From Cyanidioschyzon merolae (taxonomy: Eukaryota): 64,000 nt of DNA. The DNA is taken from the NCBI GenBank assembly GCA_000091205.1, contig AP006491.2; one strand, given 5' to 3'. Positions 11,707 to 22,675 of the stretch are shown here, piece by piece (within the stretch, counting starts at the first letter, position 1; each line of letters starts with the position of its first letter). The position numbers were made by a program, and so were the translations under genes. Below the pieces are notes generated by a model. It made no database searches. It saw only the letters and a program-made list of their open reading frames with translations, and had not been told where the DNA came from.

Positions 11707-12593
11707 GGGCCCACCTCGTAAGCAAGCTTTCAAGTCGCGTTTACCGATCAGTATTGCCATGCATTCTGCACTGTCCATAAACGTACCCAGGAAGTGGCTG
11801 TCACTGCTGGTCGAGCAGGTTCCCGGAACGATGCTACGTCTTGCGTCTTGGACGATTATTGTTCCGGAGTATGGAACAGGCGGATCTTTTTTTGATTCGT
11901 CCATGATGTACAGAGAATCTACCATGATCATAATGGAAATCGTGCGCCCTGAGTAAATGTCGACAGCGGCCTGCGCGGAGCGCCGAGTTATAAACAGTAC
12001 CGGGTAATTCGACACTGGAGCGAATCAAATACAAAGGTCTAAGCGTTGCAAATGAACCCCACAGGAAGGCATGGGTATGCGCCGGCGTGCTGCAGCGGGC
12101 AACTGGACCCTTCTCATCTAGTCATGCGTGAAGGTTATCATCACGATGGCCGGTAGTAGAACCTGAAACGCTTTCATCGTGGATGCCACCTTCTCGGGCC
12201 AAGCCGGATGGCCCTCATCACAATGAATGGAAGCAAAAGCCCGGTATCCTTTTATCCCGAACAGGCAAGGCCAGCAGAAGCATCATGTTTCGTAACAGAC
12301 TGCTGCTCAACGAGCTTCGGATTCGACGGCGTACGATGCGAGCAGCCCCAGGCCATCTGCAAGCTGCAACGTGACAGAGATTATTCTCGCACAGCGAAAA
12401 AAGTCTTTCTCATTCGGGACGCCTGCATCCCTCGCAAGCGCTCGCAGCCACTTACGCGCAGTTTTGGAAGCTTCGTCTTCCACAAGCCGACTGCGAGGAT
12501 CGCTCGCAAAATCATGATAATTGAGCACCGATATTCAGTAAGCGTTCTGCGAAAGCCCAATCTTTCTTCCTAACAACCACCCACAAGGCGATG

Positions 12594-12989
12594 CTACGTG
12601 CAGGTCGCTACCCCCGTAAAAGTCGAGGTTGTCGTACCACCTGTTCCACAGGTAAAGCGGTACAGCAACCGACCTGCTTCCGCGCACTCGAGCACCAAGT
12701 TTCCATTCCCAGTCGTACCGGACGCACGAAGGAGTTCATTCAGATCAAACCGAGTAGTTTGTGAACGAATAGTCGCCAGGTTTTGGTCGTTCTGTTCCAA
12801 TGCAGACACGTGCGCCCGGAGTTGGGAAACAACAGCCCGCAACTCTGCGTTCTCAGCTGACGCTTTCCGCACAGCAACATCTAAAGAACTAGCCACCGTG
12901 CCAAAGCAGGTCCCGAAAGATCCTACAAAAAGACTTATCCCAATAAGTATGACGAGAGCCTGCCAAGGCTTGAGACTGAAAGTTTGCAT
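12594..12989 (-). CDS. Small type-II membrane/coiled-coil protein, paralog A of a divergent pair (hypothetical). Start taken at MQTFSL..., ATG at 12989.
   Basis: TM anchor (WQALVILIGISLFVGSFG), a coiled-coil segment, and a C-terminal ECAEAGRLLYRFTCG...TGVATC motif shared with the plus-strand neighbour. Confidence 0.4.
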   Translation of the reverse strand: MQTFSLKPWQALVILIGISLFVGSFGTCFGTVASSLDVAVRKASAENAELRAVVSQLRAHVSALEQNDQNLATIRSQTTRFDLNELLRASGTTGNGNLVLECAEAGRLLYRFTCGTGGTTTSTFTGVATCT

Positions 12990-13277
12990 CTTCGAACAAT
13001 ACTTGTCTTTACAAAACAGAGTAGGAAAAAGAATTTTAATGAGATGCAAGCGGCGTAAAGGTGCGTGTTGCGCGCCGTCACGCGGAGCATCCGTTGATCC
13101 CAGTGTCACGAATCGACGACACCAGTGCAACAAACAAGCGACGGCGGCCGGCGGCAACAACACATATCGATGGAAAAATTGCCACTACGTGCTGGAGATC
13201 ACTGGAGGGATCGGATCGCATCGATCGATCCGTGTCTGCTCTGCTCACCATCGCATCTAGCGTTGTTTCTCTCAAAA

Positions 13278-13712
13278 ATGACGCAACGGAGTTACCACCT
13301 TACGCCAGTATTCGTATGCTGCTTCTGGATTATGGCGTGGTTCGTTTGCATATTTACGTTAGGAGCGGTGGAGGCTTTGGGACGCTTTTCTCTGGGAAGT
13401 ACAAGGGAGGGCGTGCTTGCGGCACTTGTAGAGGACAATATTCGCCTGCGAAATGAAGCACGCATTCTGCTCAACCGCTTGAACCACTTTGAGGCTTCGA
13501 ACAGGCGTCAGATTTTGGTTTCCCACGGCAGCGTGCCAGGAGTCTATCCGTATGGAGGTATTTTCAATACCACCGTGCGTGCGAGCACGGGCAGCGGCGG
13601 AGCGGCGACTTCCGTGATTGAGTGCGCCGCGACCGAGAGAGTCCTGTACCGTTTTTCATGCCCAGCAGACGTTGTAGCCGCCACGACGATGACCGGTGTG
13701 ATTGACTGTTAA
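13278..13712 (+). CDS. Small type-II membrane/coiled-coil protein, paralog B of the divergent pair (hypothetical). Start taken at MTQRSY..., ATG at 13278.
   Basis: TM anchor (VFVCCFWIMAWFVCIFTLGAV), a coiled-coil segment, and C-terminal ECAATERVLYRFSCP...TGVIDC. Same architecture and motif as paralog A, 288 bp apart, head-to-head. Confidence 0.4.
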   Translation: MTQRSYHLTPVFVCCFWIMAWFVCIFTLGAVEALGRFSLGSTREGVLAALVEDNIRLRNEARILLNRLNHFEASNRRQILVSHGSVPGVYPYGGIFNTTVRASTGSGGAATSVIECAATERVLYRFSCPADVVAATTMTGVIDC

Positions 13713-13731
13713 CGGAACGCGCTTCGAGCGT

Positions 13732-14352
13732 TCACTGCGTTTCGAAAAAGTCAAGTGTTTGCCAACCGAGACGATCCCGAATTCGTTCCAAACGTTTTCT
13801 GTTGGACCCAAAGTCACCAAGCGGTTGATGGAAAGGATATATATAGGTGACCTTCTGTGACCTCGATCGGTAAAGTACAAGCTTCTCCTCAGGTCGGAGC
13901 AGAAACTCGATGTCGTCCTCGCCGCCCGGTGGAAATACACTCGGTGCAGTCGCATGTAGATAGAAACCATCCACTTCGCGGACAGCGACGCCAGGCTCCG
14001 CTCTTACCGCCGCCTCGAGTGCCGACCAGGCTTCTCGAGGACTATCAGTGACTGTAGCATACGACCACGGCGCGCCGTACTTGACGGGACTCCCGATTGC
14101 GGAAGAGGAGACACAGTTTTCTTCGCTGCCACAGCTCCCGAGCGACTTGATCTGCACCGCCGAGAAAATGCCACCATCGGCACTGGAAACTGGCACTCGA
14201 AAAGCCCCTTCAAGCGAAAGTGCAATCATGACAGCAGCGCAAGCTGACGATCGTCCCCAGGGAGTAGCGGCCGTGGCCGCTAGTCGGAAGCTGCGCCAGC
14301 TCCTGTGCAGGGCGAAACGGCGAGTTCTGACCCTGGAATTGACCACAAACAT
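13732..14352 (-). CDS. Hypothetical protein, possibly DUF1499-like.
   Basis: ATG at 14352. 206-aa ORF containing a ...GSCGSEENCVSSSA... motif. The DUF1499 family memory (PNCVSS-type motif) is weak; there is no other support. Confidence 0.25.
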   Translation of the reverse strand: MFVVNSRVRTRRFALHRSWRSFRLAATAATPWGRSSACAAVMIALSLEGAFRVPVSSADGGIFSAVQIKSLGSCGSEENCVSSSAIGSPVKYGAPWSYATVTDSPREAWSALEAAVRAEPGVAVREVDGFYLHATAPSVFPPGGEDDIEFLLRPEEKLVLYRSRSQKVTYIYPFHQPLGDFGSNRKRLERIRDRLGWQTLDFFETQ

Positions 14353-16346
14353 GTCTGTACCCTAGAAAATCCTACTTATTCCTAACGTTATTCGGAAGTG
14401 TATCTGACGTTCGCGCAGAGGTATCGTTTGACCACCACAGGAACCTAATGGTGATCGATAAGAGTCAGCGGCCAACTGTTTGCAAAAATTACAGCGCCGC
14501 TGTGTAGCCGGGTAACCCGTACCTCAACATAGTCGCTCTTGAAAGCGTTAAGTTGGCGTTACAGGCAGTTCGCTGACTCCGAATCGAGTACATCTTTGGT
14601 ACGAAAAGAATCAAGCAAGCTCTTATAGTCTTTAACGTCAATTCTGTTGAATCCTTAAGTGAAAGTAATCAACTGCTTTTTCGCGGTCCACGGCAAACGT
14701 GTTCGAAGTACGCTGTTTTTTAAGAATAGAAAATCCTAGGCTAAGTTATGGACTTGCAAGTCGCGAATCGAGGAAGGCCATCACCGCCGGCTGCCGACAG
14801 AAGAAAAAGCAAAAATCCTCTTCTCGCCGAACATCAAACGAAGAAAAGCAAGTGACGAAGAAGAAGAGCGGAGATATGCGAGAAAAGGCGTTCGTACGAC
14901 GGGGCGATGACGAGGCTGTAGTGGCATAGAGGTCGCGAACTCTAGGAATCTTTGCAATGGTACGTTCCACCAGCGGCAGCAAACGCATGCAGTTCGTGGA
15001 CCGAGACTTCAGCACCGCCATGAATATCAGACGATGTATGATGCTGAAGAAGAGAACTGAGGAGCTGACGCGATCCAACGTCGTGGTGCAGCCTCTCAGG
15101 CTCGAAGTGTGCCTGCGTAAACTGAAACCGATAGCAGTGGTCCGGTCACAAAAGTCTGGGAGACGTCTGCGCGTGGGTGTATCTGTATACACTCTATGGT
15201 CGTTGAACGTTTATCTTTTTGCCGATCACAAACAGAGACTGCGTGAATACGTTACGGGGCTGGCGCTGCGGATGAGCCAACTTCCATACGAGCTCGATGG
15301 AAGGGCCCGGAGACAAGGACACCGCAGCGTTCCAATGCACTCTGTAGGGTTTGTAACCCAACCTGTCTTTCACACAATGAACACATTTCCCACCATGCTC
15401 CACCAGATACGTATCTTTGTTTCCAATTTTTAAGAGACTTTGCAACAGATGCTGGATGCATCCAATTTTCTTTCCGTCAACAGGAGCTCGCTCGCATCAA
15501 TTCCCGGTACACACACATCCATCGCAGTGCTGTTAGAGCGGCTGATGCGATTTTTAATTTCGGTAATGAAGATGTTTCAAGCCGATGTGATCCTCCAAAG
15601 CAAAATGTCTTACAGAGTCCATTGCTGTGGGCCTGAAACCAACAACGCCTGCTTGACTGGTCGAATAACAGGGTAGAGGTGAGCGCGCCATCAACTCGCA
15701 TCTTGCGAAAGTTCTCCCCGCACCCGGAATTCGAAAACCAAGCGCATCACTGGTCGAACAGGCACCGAAACTCCGGCAAGGACAGCAAGATGTTAGATGT
15801 TGGAATGTCACCTTTGGCGTCGGTGACTCACGTGGGCAACGGCAGGTATTTGCACCTGCTGCGCATAAATTCTTGCCATTTTACTCGATGCATTAGAGAA
15901 GTGGCATTATTCAAAGCAATACGGCTGCGCACGATGTCTGCACCGAGAGCCCTCGTGCAGCAATTCCGAACATTAACGGAGAAAGACGTGCTTGAGCTTT
16001 TCAAGTAAGTACCGTACCAGTGTGAAACCTGTTTAGGCGACTCCTTCATGCGTTCGTCGCGCACCGCTTCGTTTTGAATAGTCCATCGTGCGGTTTGGTG
16101 CTATAGTCGTGATCAGCGGACACAAGCGAATTTTGAATCACGCAGCACCGCAGAAAAAGACAAGCCGTCGAAGCTCCGTGTCGACGACGTCTGCGCAGCG
16201 CTCAGCCGCTCCAACAAGTCATCGGTTGCAAGACCGATGGCCGTAATCGAGCTTTTCGCTCTTCTGCGCAGTGCGGGACAAGCGCTCGCAACGGATACAC
16301 GATGCGCCACGTAGTGCATCGAACTGCGGCGGAATGGGTGAAACCG

Positions 16347-18332
16347 TCAACAGGGAGCCCTTTTTCTCGTCAAGTCGGGGTCACTGCTATCTGCAGCATC
16401 CTGTGGAGTATATCGCCTGCGGAAAAATATCTCGAGTTCCCTTGTCGTGAGCTGGCGAAACGTTGGACGCCCATGCGGACACGTGCGAGGTGCTTTCGTT
16501 CGGAGCCATTGGTCCACCAATGACTGCATCCTCTCTCGATCCAATTGCGTTCCGTTCTTCACCGCTGCCCTGCAGGCGAGAAGCGCTAAGCGATCCTCCA
16601 GACTGGATGCAGAACCGAGTGCTTGTAGCAGGAATTGCATCTTTCGCTCAGACTGCGACCTGGGGCAATCATTCTCAGGGTCTAGGAGTCCCGCTTCGAT
16701 GAACATTTGCGGGGCGCGTTCCACTTTCCATTCCAATGGACCGATCATGGTCATGTGGATGCCCAGGGATTCTCGCAGCTCCTCGACCTGAGCTTGAGCG
16801 AACAGACCTCGCATAATAATTGGTTCGCGGAGCTCGACAATATTACGCGCCAGAGACGTATACTGGTCCCTGTACTTTTCGTAGAGCACGCGTTCGTGTG
16901 CGGTATGCTGTTCAATAATCCAAATATCACCGCTCTCCATATTGGTGGCGATGATGTAGGTCTTACCAATCTGGGTCATGGCTTCGAGTCTGAGCAGCTG
17001 GTTACTTTGGGGTTCATCAGCGGCACCGTTTAAGGCGCCTTCTTCCATATCGATAAGTTTCCGAAGATAGGTCGATGCAAATAAGTCTGCGGCGGATACC
17101 TCTGATAGCGGCATCGAGAAGCAACGATCGATGCCCTCTCGAAGTTTCTGAAACCAGTACTCGGGGTCACGTAAACGCATCATAGTTTTCATCGGGTGAA
17201 TATTCCAATCGACATCTCTTCCAGGGCATCTTATGTGAATGAAGATTATCGGGAAGCGACCGGAAGGTAACGTGTGCTGCACATGGCTCAGCGCCGCGTT
17301 CACGAGGTCCGCGTTCTGTACAGCTCTACCGTTCACAGCCACAATGACCGCATCCGCCCGTGAGCGATGGTGCCCCCGGTCCGGATACCCGAGCACACAG
17401 AGGACTTGATCGCTAGCGAAAGCACCACACTCCTCAGGCGCAATTTCCATGATCTGACTAAACATGCGGATAAGGGCGTGCTTAGCTCGCTCTGTCTCCG
17501 ATTCCTCGTCAGAGAATTCAAGTTTGCCGTATAGGGTAAGAAGATTGCGTCCGCTATCTCGAACTCTCCAAGAAACGTTCGGATGGCATAAAGCCGTTGC
17601 GCGGACGAAGGATAGGAGCTGTTGCCGCAGCTGCCTCTTGTGCGGCATGGCGGAACGCCGCGGGGCAAACTGTTCGTCGCAAAAGAGACCAGTGACCTGG
17701 ACAATGGTTCCCTGGGGAAGGCCGACAGGCTCAACCGGTTTCGTTTCAACTTGTTGTGGGCTGTATTGAATCATGTAACCACAGGGGCTGGTCTCCCCTT
17801 TCGAGCGAACCTCAATACACGCACAGAGCTGGGATATTGCCCAGAGACCCTGACCTCGAAAGCCGAGTGTGTGCACCCGTCCAGCAACGAGCTGCTCCAG
17901 TGAGGCGAGCTTACTCGTCGCGTTCTGCTGAAGACAACGTTCAAGGTCATTTGGCCTCATCCCTCGTCCATTATCTCGTACGACGATATTGCCAGCATCA
18001 AAGTCGATGTCGATCTCCACCGCGGTGGCCTCCGCGTCCAGCGCGTTCTCGACGAGCTCTCGCACAGCAGCGACGGGGCTATCAATGACTTCGCCACTCG
18101 CTATTCGCTGAATGACCTCTGTAGGCAAGACGGAGATCCGCAAGGTCAACGGTACTGACCTCCTTGGGGATGTTCGTCGATAAACGGATCTCGGACAGAG
18201 CTTCAACGGCGTTGACGACCAAGGCTGCGCTGGGCTCAGAACAACCCGTCGTGATGATGCGTCGCTTTGCTGCAGCTTGCCCACGTTGCTCGAGATATGC
18301 TTTCTTCTGATGAAACAATATGATATGAACAT
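16347..18332 (-). CDS. PMS1: DNA mismatch repair MutL homolog of the PMS1/PMS2 type (endonuclease-proficient).
   Basis: ATG at 18332. N-terminal GHKL ATPase (VIQRIASGEVIDSPVAAVRELVENALDAEATAVEIDID...VRDNGRGM). The C-terminal MutL endonuclease motif (IIEQHTAHERVLYEKY, i.e. DQHA(x)2E(x)4E) is found in PMS2/MLH3 but not MLH1. Confidence 0.8.
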   Translation of the reverse strand: MFISYCFIRRKHISSNVGKLQQSDASSRRVVLSPAQPWSSTPLKLCPRSVYRRTSPRRSVPLTLRISVLPTEVIQRIASGEVIDSPVAAVRELVENALDAEATAVEIDIDFDAGNIVVRDNGRGMRPNDLERCLQQNATSKLASLEQLVAGRVHTLGFRGQGLWAISQLCACIEVRSKGETSPCGYMIQYSPQQVETKPVEPVGLPQGTIVQVTGLFCDEQFAPRRSAMPHKRQLRQQLLSFVRATALCHPNVSWRVRDSGRNLLTLYGKLEFSDEESETERAKHALIRMFSQIMEIAPEECGAFASDQVLCVLGYPDRGHHRSRADAVIVAVNGRAVQNADLVNAALSHVQHTLPSGRFPIIFIHIRCPGRDVDWNIHPMKTMMRLRDPEYWFQKLREGIDRCFSMPLSEVSAADLFASTYLRKLIDMEEGALNGAADEPQSNQLLRLEAMTQIGKTYIIATNMESGDIWIIEQHTAHERVLYEKYRDQYTSLARNIVELREPIIMRGLFAQAQVEELRESLGIHMTMIGPLEWKVERAPQMFIEAGLLDPENDCPRSQSERKMQFLLQALGSASSLEDRLALLACRAAVKNGTQLDRERMQSLVDQWLRTKAPRTCPHGRPTFRQLTTRELEIFFRRRYTPQDAADSSDPDLTRKRAPC

Positions 18333-18485
18333 ACTTGACTACCCTGGTGGTCACTAAAACCGCACGACGACTCTCCACATCAGCGCAGCGGATTATCGGT
18401 GATGTGATATGGATATTCGTGTCTGAGAAGCCACGCCAACGCGTTCCCGCTGATCGCAGTCCGGTGCTTTTGTGGCGAAACCTGC

Positions 18486-19876
18486 ACCAGATTCAAAGGG
18501 AACAAAAAGCCACTCATTCTAAGACTGAATTTCGTTCTTTCCGAGCTTTTTGTCAGATGAGCAGCCTCGACATCCGAAGTGCATCAGTAAGGGCACTGCG
18601 GATTCATGCAAAGCTTGAGGAGTTTCGGGGGTGTTTTCGGAGTGACCCCTTCGACGCTCTGCAGCCAGAATTCGTCCGTCATCGGTACCAGGACGATTCG
18701 CGACGGCCTCGAAGAAGGACCCCTAAACTAAGCGACGGCACCATTGAATTCACATGTACGAGACTCCAGGCCGCTCGTTTCCATGCGTTCAGGGTGTCCT
18801 ACTCACGCATGCCTCGCACGCTCGACCTTTCTGTTCCAGGGCAACTCGTAGGCACAACAACTCGCGCTCCTTCGTTGACGGGTAAGTAAATCGACTTTAT
18901 GCGTTGGCGGCATGCTCACAATATCATGCGCAAACTTCACCGAAATTCTCGCTTCGAAAAAATAGACTCCGTTCAAACGACACATCCGGCTCTCTTTGGA
19001 GCCAACTAGGCATCGGCTTTGCACAGAAGCAGTTTCCCGTCGACGGGGCATGCTCCCAGAGGCTCCCGGCTCTTGTCATCGGAAACCGGACTCGGGCTCG
19101 GGCTCGGACTTTAGTCATCGCGGAGGTCGCTTCTGGTACGGTCTGCATCACTGCCTTGGACGAGCGCAGCGGACATAGATCGAATTCTCTGGGCTTGTTC
19201 ACCAACCGGGATTTCCCTTCCTGGGCTTGTTCACCATCGACATCATCGCATGGCACAAGTCCACTGTCGACTGGGACAGCGTGCGTCTGCGTGTCCAGCG
19301 CGCAGGGCACTTGCCCAGCGCATGACCCCGAAGAAGCCCGTGATCGTCGAGTGCAGCACCGGTCGCGCAAAAGCATGAGGGCATCGAGGCGAGCGTTCTG
19401 TGCACGCTCACGGCATGTATCTGGCGCAGGAACAAGTGCTCAAGCAACACAGGGCCTCTTGTCTGAAGAGACTGCGTTGTAGTCACATGGGATCACCTGA
19501 TGACGCAGACAGGTCACCGCTGCAACAAGGCGCACAGCGTCTGTATACAACGAGGATGGAAATGGCAAACGCAGCGTAGATCGCAACCTTTGCGTGTGCT
19601 CGAAAGACGTCAACAACGAGCCGGAAGCGGCGAAATCGGGACTTGAGCGCTGCTATCAACATGGTTCGTCTGTCGGCACCTGAGCTGGTGGGAAAAAGAT
19701 AGACCAGCGCGTTTGAAGCTGGATAGCAGAGTTAGGAACAGTAAACACGTGCAGAGACATCCCGTAGCGGCTTGTGTTGATGATAGCGAGAAGGGACCCA
19801 AACCTGAGCGTGTACTTCCGTGTTAGATAAGTTGGCCCGTTCCGTTCTATTCTGACATAGTTGTAGAGGCTGCCCC
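18486..19876. repeat. Dispersed repeat family A, copy 1 (~1.39 kb). It is a direct repeat of 32856..34246.
   Basis: Identical ORFs appear at a constant +14370 offset (18904..19482 = 33274..33852; 19199..19486 = 33569..33856; 19610..19801 = 33980..34171). Boundaries were read from sequence divergence at both ends. An internal (GGACTCGG[G/A]CTCGG) microsatellite lies near 19085/33455. Confidence 0.85.
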
Positions 19877-20878
19877 TGCCATTGATGCTTTCCTTTGAAA
19901 ACTTGAAACCCCGCTGACGCGGCCCATTCCCCAAGTTGCATGCAGCGTGATCTCCGATGGCTGCGAACGCAGTAGCTTGCGAACGGTACAGGAGCGATCT
20001 CTCTAAACGCCATTTTCCGCTGAATCGTTCCATAACCGCTCGCCTTCGAGACGGACGTGCGCCCCACAGCCATGATATCCAATCTTTCGCATTCTGGAGG
20101 CGGTGGGGGCGGGAGGCGGCTATACGCATCCAGAGGCGATAGTCTCCATGATACCTAGAAAAGCAAGGGTATTCGGGATGCCCTTCCAGGCGATGTCGTG
20201 ACGTATGCTAGTTGCGCTGAAAACAAGATGGTATGTACCACAAAGCAGATACATTACAGGTGGAAACGGACAATGCAGTGAATTCTACGTGAATTGCCAA
20301 CCAAACTAGCGGGGTTTTCACTGATCCATGTAAACTCAGAGGCATGCGAGCGCGCTTGTAGGCAGCGAAACACCCCAGAGCACCCCAAATGCATAATGTA
20401 TGGCGCTGTGCAACTCAAAAGGCCGCCCACTCTACTTTGCATCGCCACTTGGCCGGATGGTAAACGGAAGCTGTCTTCTTTTGCGCTCATGGTGCAAGTC
20501 AACTGGAGAATGAGGTTCATGTGCTAACTAAGGGCACCAGTAACCTATGCAGAGTGAAAGGATGCAAATGAGACAGTACTCATATGACACGTGTTGCGCG
20601 CAAAAACCGTTTTCCATGAGTAACGCATGTGGCTGAGCATCACAATCGAGACGAGCGCGATCATCTGGGAAGATCCTGCAGCGAAATCTGGCGCATGAAA
20701 ATGAACGCGATGATCAGTCGGCGGTAGCGCAGTTCCCGGCAAGCACAGCGCCACGATGCGTAGCGATCGCGTTGCCCCACCAGGAACGGAACCCTGAGAC
20801 CTGCCAGGAGGCGCGAGGAGAACACCTTTCGTTTAGACCTAAGACTGCCTGGCGCAGCGTTCACAACCGAACGCGCTT

Positions 20879-22675
20879 CTAGATGTTGATGTTGAACGAC
20901 ACACCAAGGTTCCCGGGCCCGACTCCGCTCGTGAACCCGTTCGGGCCCAGCAGACCCGCCTGCTCATCGGGTACCATGCTCAGCTGGACCTGCGTCCGGC
21001 CCTGCTGATGCAGCAGCGACATGTTCACATTCGTATCCGGAGGCCGGTACGCCAGCCCAATGTTCCAGTTGCCGAGCGCACCACCATACTGCTGCTGCTG
21101 AACCGCCTGCAGCTGCGCCTGCTGCAGCTGCATGTACTGCATTGCCTGACGCTGCTGCTCAGCCGCCTGGATCTGCACGTGAATAAGCTGCTTCCGCCGT
21201 GCAGAGATCTCCGCCATGGTCTGCTGCAGGTCGCTACGCTCATTCGCATAGGACCAGTCGGATCCGGGCCGCACGCTCTCCTCCGCCTCGCGCTGGAAAA
21301 GCGCATCCGCTGTGTAGAACGCAAAGTCGCCAGGAATCTCCTCAGATGAAGACGCAGTCTTAAAGTGCTGCAGCGCGTTCTCCCGAATTATCTGCAGCTG
21401 CTTCAGGAACAGCGACTGCAACGACGCATCGAGCACAGTCTCGAGCTCCGCCAGTTTCCGCTCGCGCACTTCAGTTCCCGCATACGCCTCCGTAGCCGAT
21501 TCAAAGCCACTCAGGTACTTTTGCAGAAGCTCCTCCGCCCGGCGTCCAAAACCACTGATCTTCTCGCCCTCGTCCAGTTGACTCGCAAGCTCCCCGAGCT
21601 CCTCGGCGCTGTTCCGAAGCGCCTCGGAGAAAGCGGCATCGCAGTGATACGCTGCTGCCAGTGCCTCTGGCGTGAGCGCTTCCCCAGCGGCTCCTTCATC
21701 CGCCGCCGCCGCCGCCGCCGCCGCCGTAGCGACACGCATGGCCAGCGGCTTCGCAGCACGCATCGCCCCAGCGGGCTGTGCACGAATGCCCTCCCAGAGG
21801 CGTCGACTGAAGGCACCGAATCCATCCGCAGGCAGACCCTTGCTGTATTGCGAGGACAGCAGGCCGCCATCGCCACTGCCACTGCCACTGCCGTCTAGGA
21901 GGTCCCGCCGCAGACGCTGCACAGCGGCGTCGTAGGCTGAACGCGACGTGCGCGGCGACGGCAGCAGAGCTACGCGCAGCTCGAGGGCAGCGCGCAGCGC
22001 CTCCACCGAGTGACTCGCTGCTGTCGGTGCTGATGCTGCTCCGTCGCCGATTTCGCGCTGCCAGTGCTCCTCGGCGTCCAGCCAGAGAGACTCCGCGATC
22101 AACGATGCAGTGCTCTCGGTGGTATCCGCGTCCGCGCCCGTATCCGCGTCTGCGTCGCGCACCACGAACACAACGCAGGTGCGCAGGAGAGGGCCCTCCG
22201 CGTGAGCCAACTCGCGCACGATCGTGCTCAAGTACCACTGTGGGTCTGCGTCGTAGCGTCCCAGGTCGTGGTACCAGACGTTGCACAGAACAACATCGGA
22301 CACACTGGACACGTAGCGGAGGCAGCGCTCCTGCAGCTGCTGCCCCGTCGCGCCTCCGTCCCCGCCGTCGATCTCCAGCACCAGAAGCGTCTCCTGGTTT
22401 GCTGCCAGTGCTGCAGAGACGCCGCGGGTCTTCCAGCGCCGACGCTCAGTCGCCCGCGCGTGCGACACCGCGAAACGCGTCCCGAAAATGTCATTCAAGA
22501 GACTCGACTTGCCTGATAGCGGGCTCCCGATGCACCCGACGACACGATAGCATTCAGCGCCGACATCGAGCTCGCTTGGGAACCAGGGCGTGCGCTCCAG
22601 CATCACGCCATGTTCATCAATGATCTGCAGCACGCCCGCTGGCGCACTGGCAGATTGCGCTGTTCCGTTGCTCAT
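20879..22675 (-). CDS. RHD3/Sey1-like (atlastin-type) dynamin-superfamily GTPase with a Gln/Ala-rich C-terminal region.
   Basis: ATG at 22675. The G1 P-loop VVGCIGSPLSGKSSLLNDIFGTRF, ...LVLEIDGGDG..., ...VVLCNVWYHDLG... and ...VVFVVRD... follow the Sey1/RHD3 GTPase-domain order. No C-terminal TM helices were seen, so this may be a divergent family member. A (GCC)n tract encodes poly-Ala. Confidence 0.5.
   Translation of the reverse strand: MSNGTAQSASAPAGVLQIIDEHGVMLERTPWFPSELDVGAECYRVVGCIGSPLSGKSSLLNDIFGTRFAVSHARATERRRWKTRGVSAALAANQETLLVLEIDGGDGGATGQQLQERCLRYVSSVSDVVLCNVWYHDLGRYDADPQWYLSTIVRELAHAEGPLLRTCVVFVVRDADADTGADADTTESTASLIAESLWLDAEEHWQREIGDGAASAPTAASHSVEALRAALELRVALLPSPRTSRSAYDAAVQRLRRDLLDGSGSGSGDGGLLSSQYSKGLPADGFGAFSRRLWEGIRAQPAGAMRAAKPLAMRVATAAAAAAAADEGAAGEALTPEALAAAYHCDAAFSEALRNSAEELGELASQLDEGEKISGFGRRAEELLQKYLSGFESATEAYAGTEVRERKLAELETVLDASLQSLFLKQLQIIRENALQHFKTASSSEEIPGDFAFYTADALFQREAEESVRPGSDWSYANERSDLQQTMAEISARRKQLIHVQIQAAEQQRQAMQYMQLQQAQLQAVQQQQYGGALGNWNIGLAYRPPDTNVNMSLLHQQGRTQVQLSMVPDEQAGLLGPNGFTSGVGPGNLGVSFNINI

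Noticed and set aside
18335-18889. 184-aa ORF at the start of repeat A (MTTLVVTKTARR...) and other ORFs inside repeats A and B (e.g. 18904..19482+, 33274..33852+, 19656..20129-).
   Set aside because: They are conserved between copies only because the DNA is duplicated. They have no motifs and show frame-hopping between overlapping ORFs. I treat them as non-coding repeat sequence.
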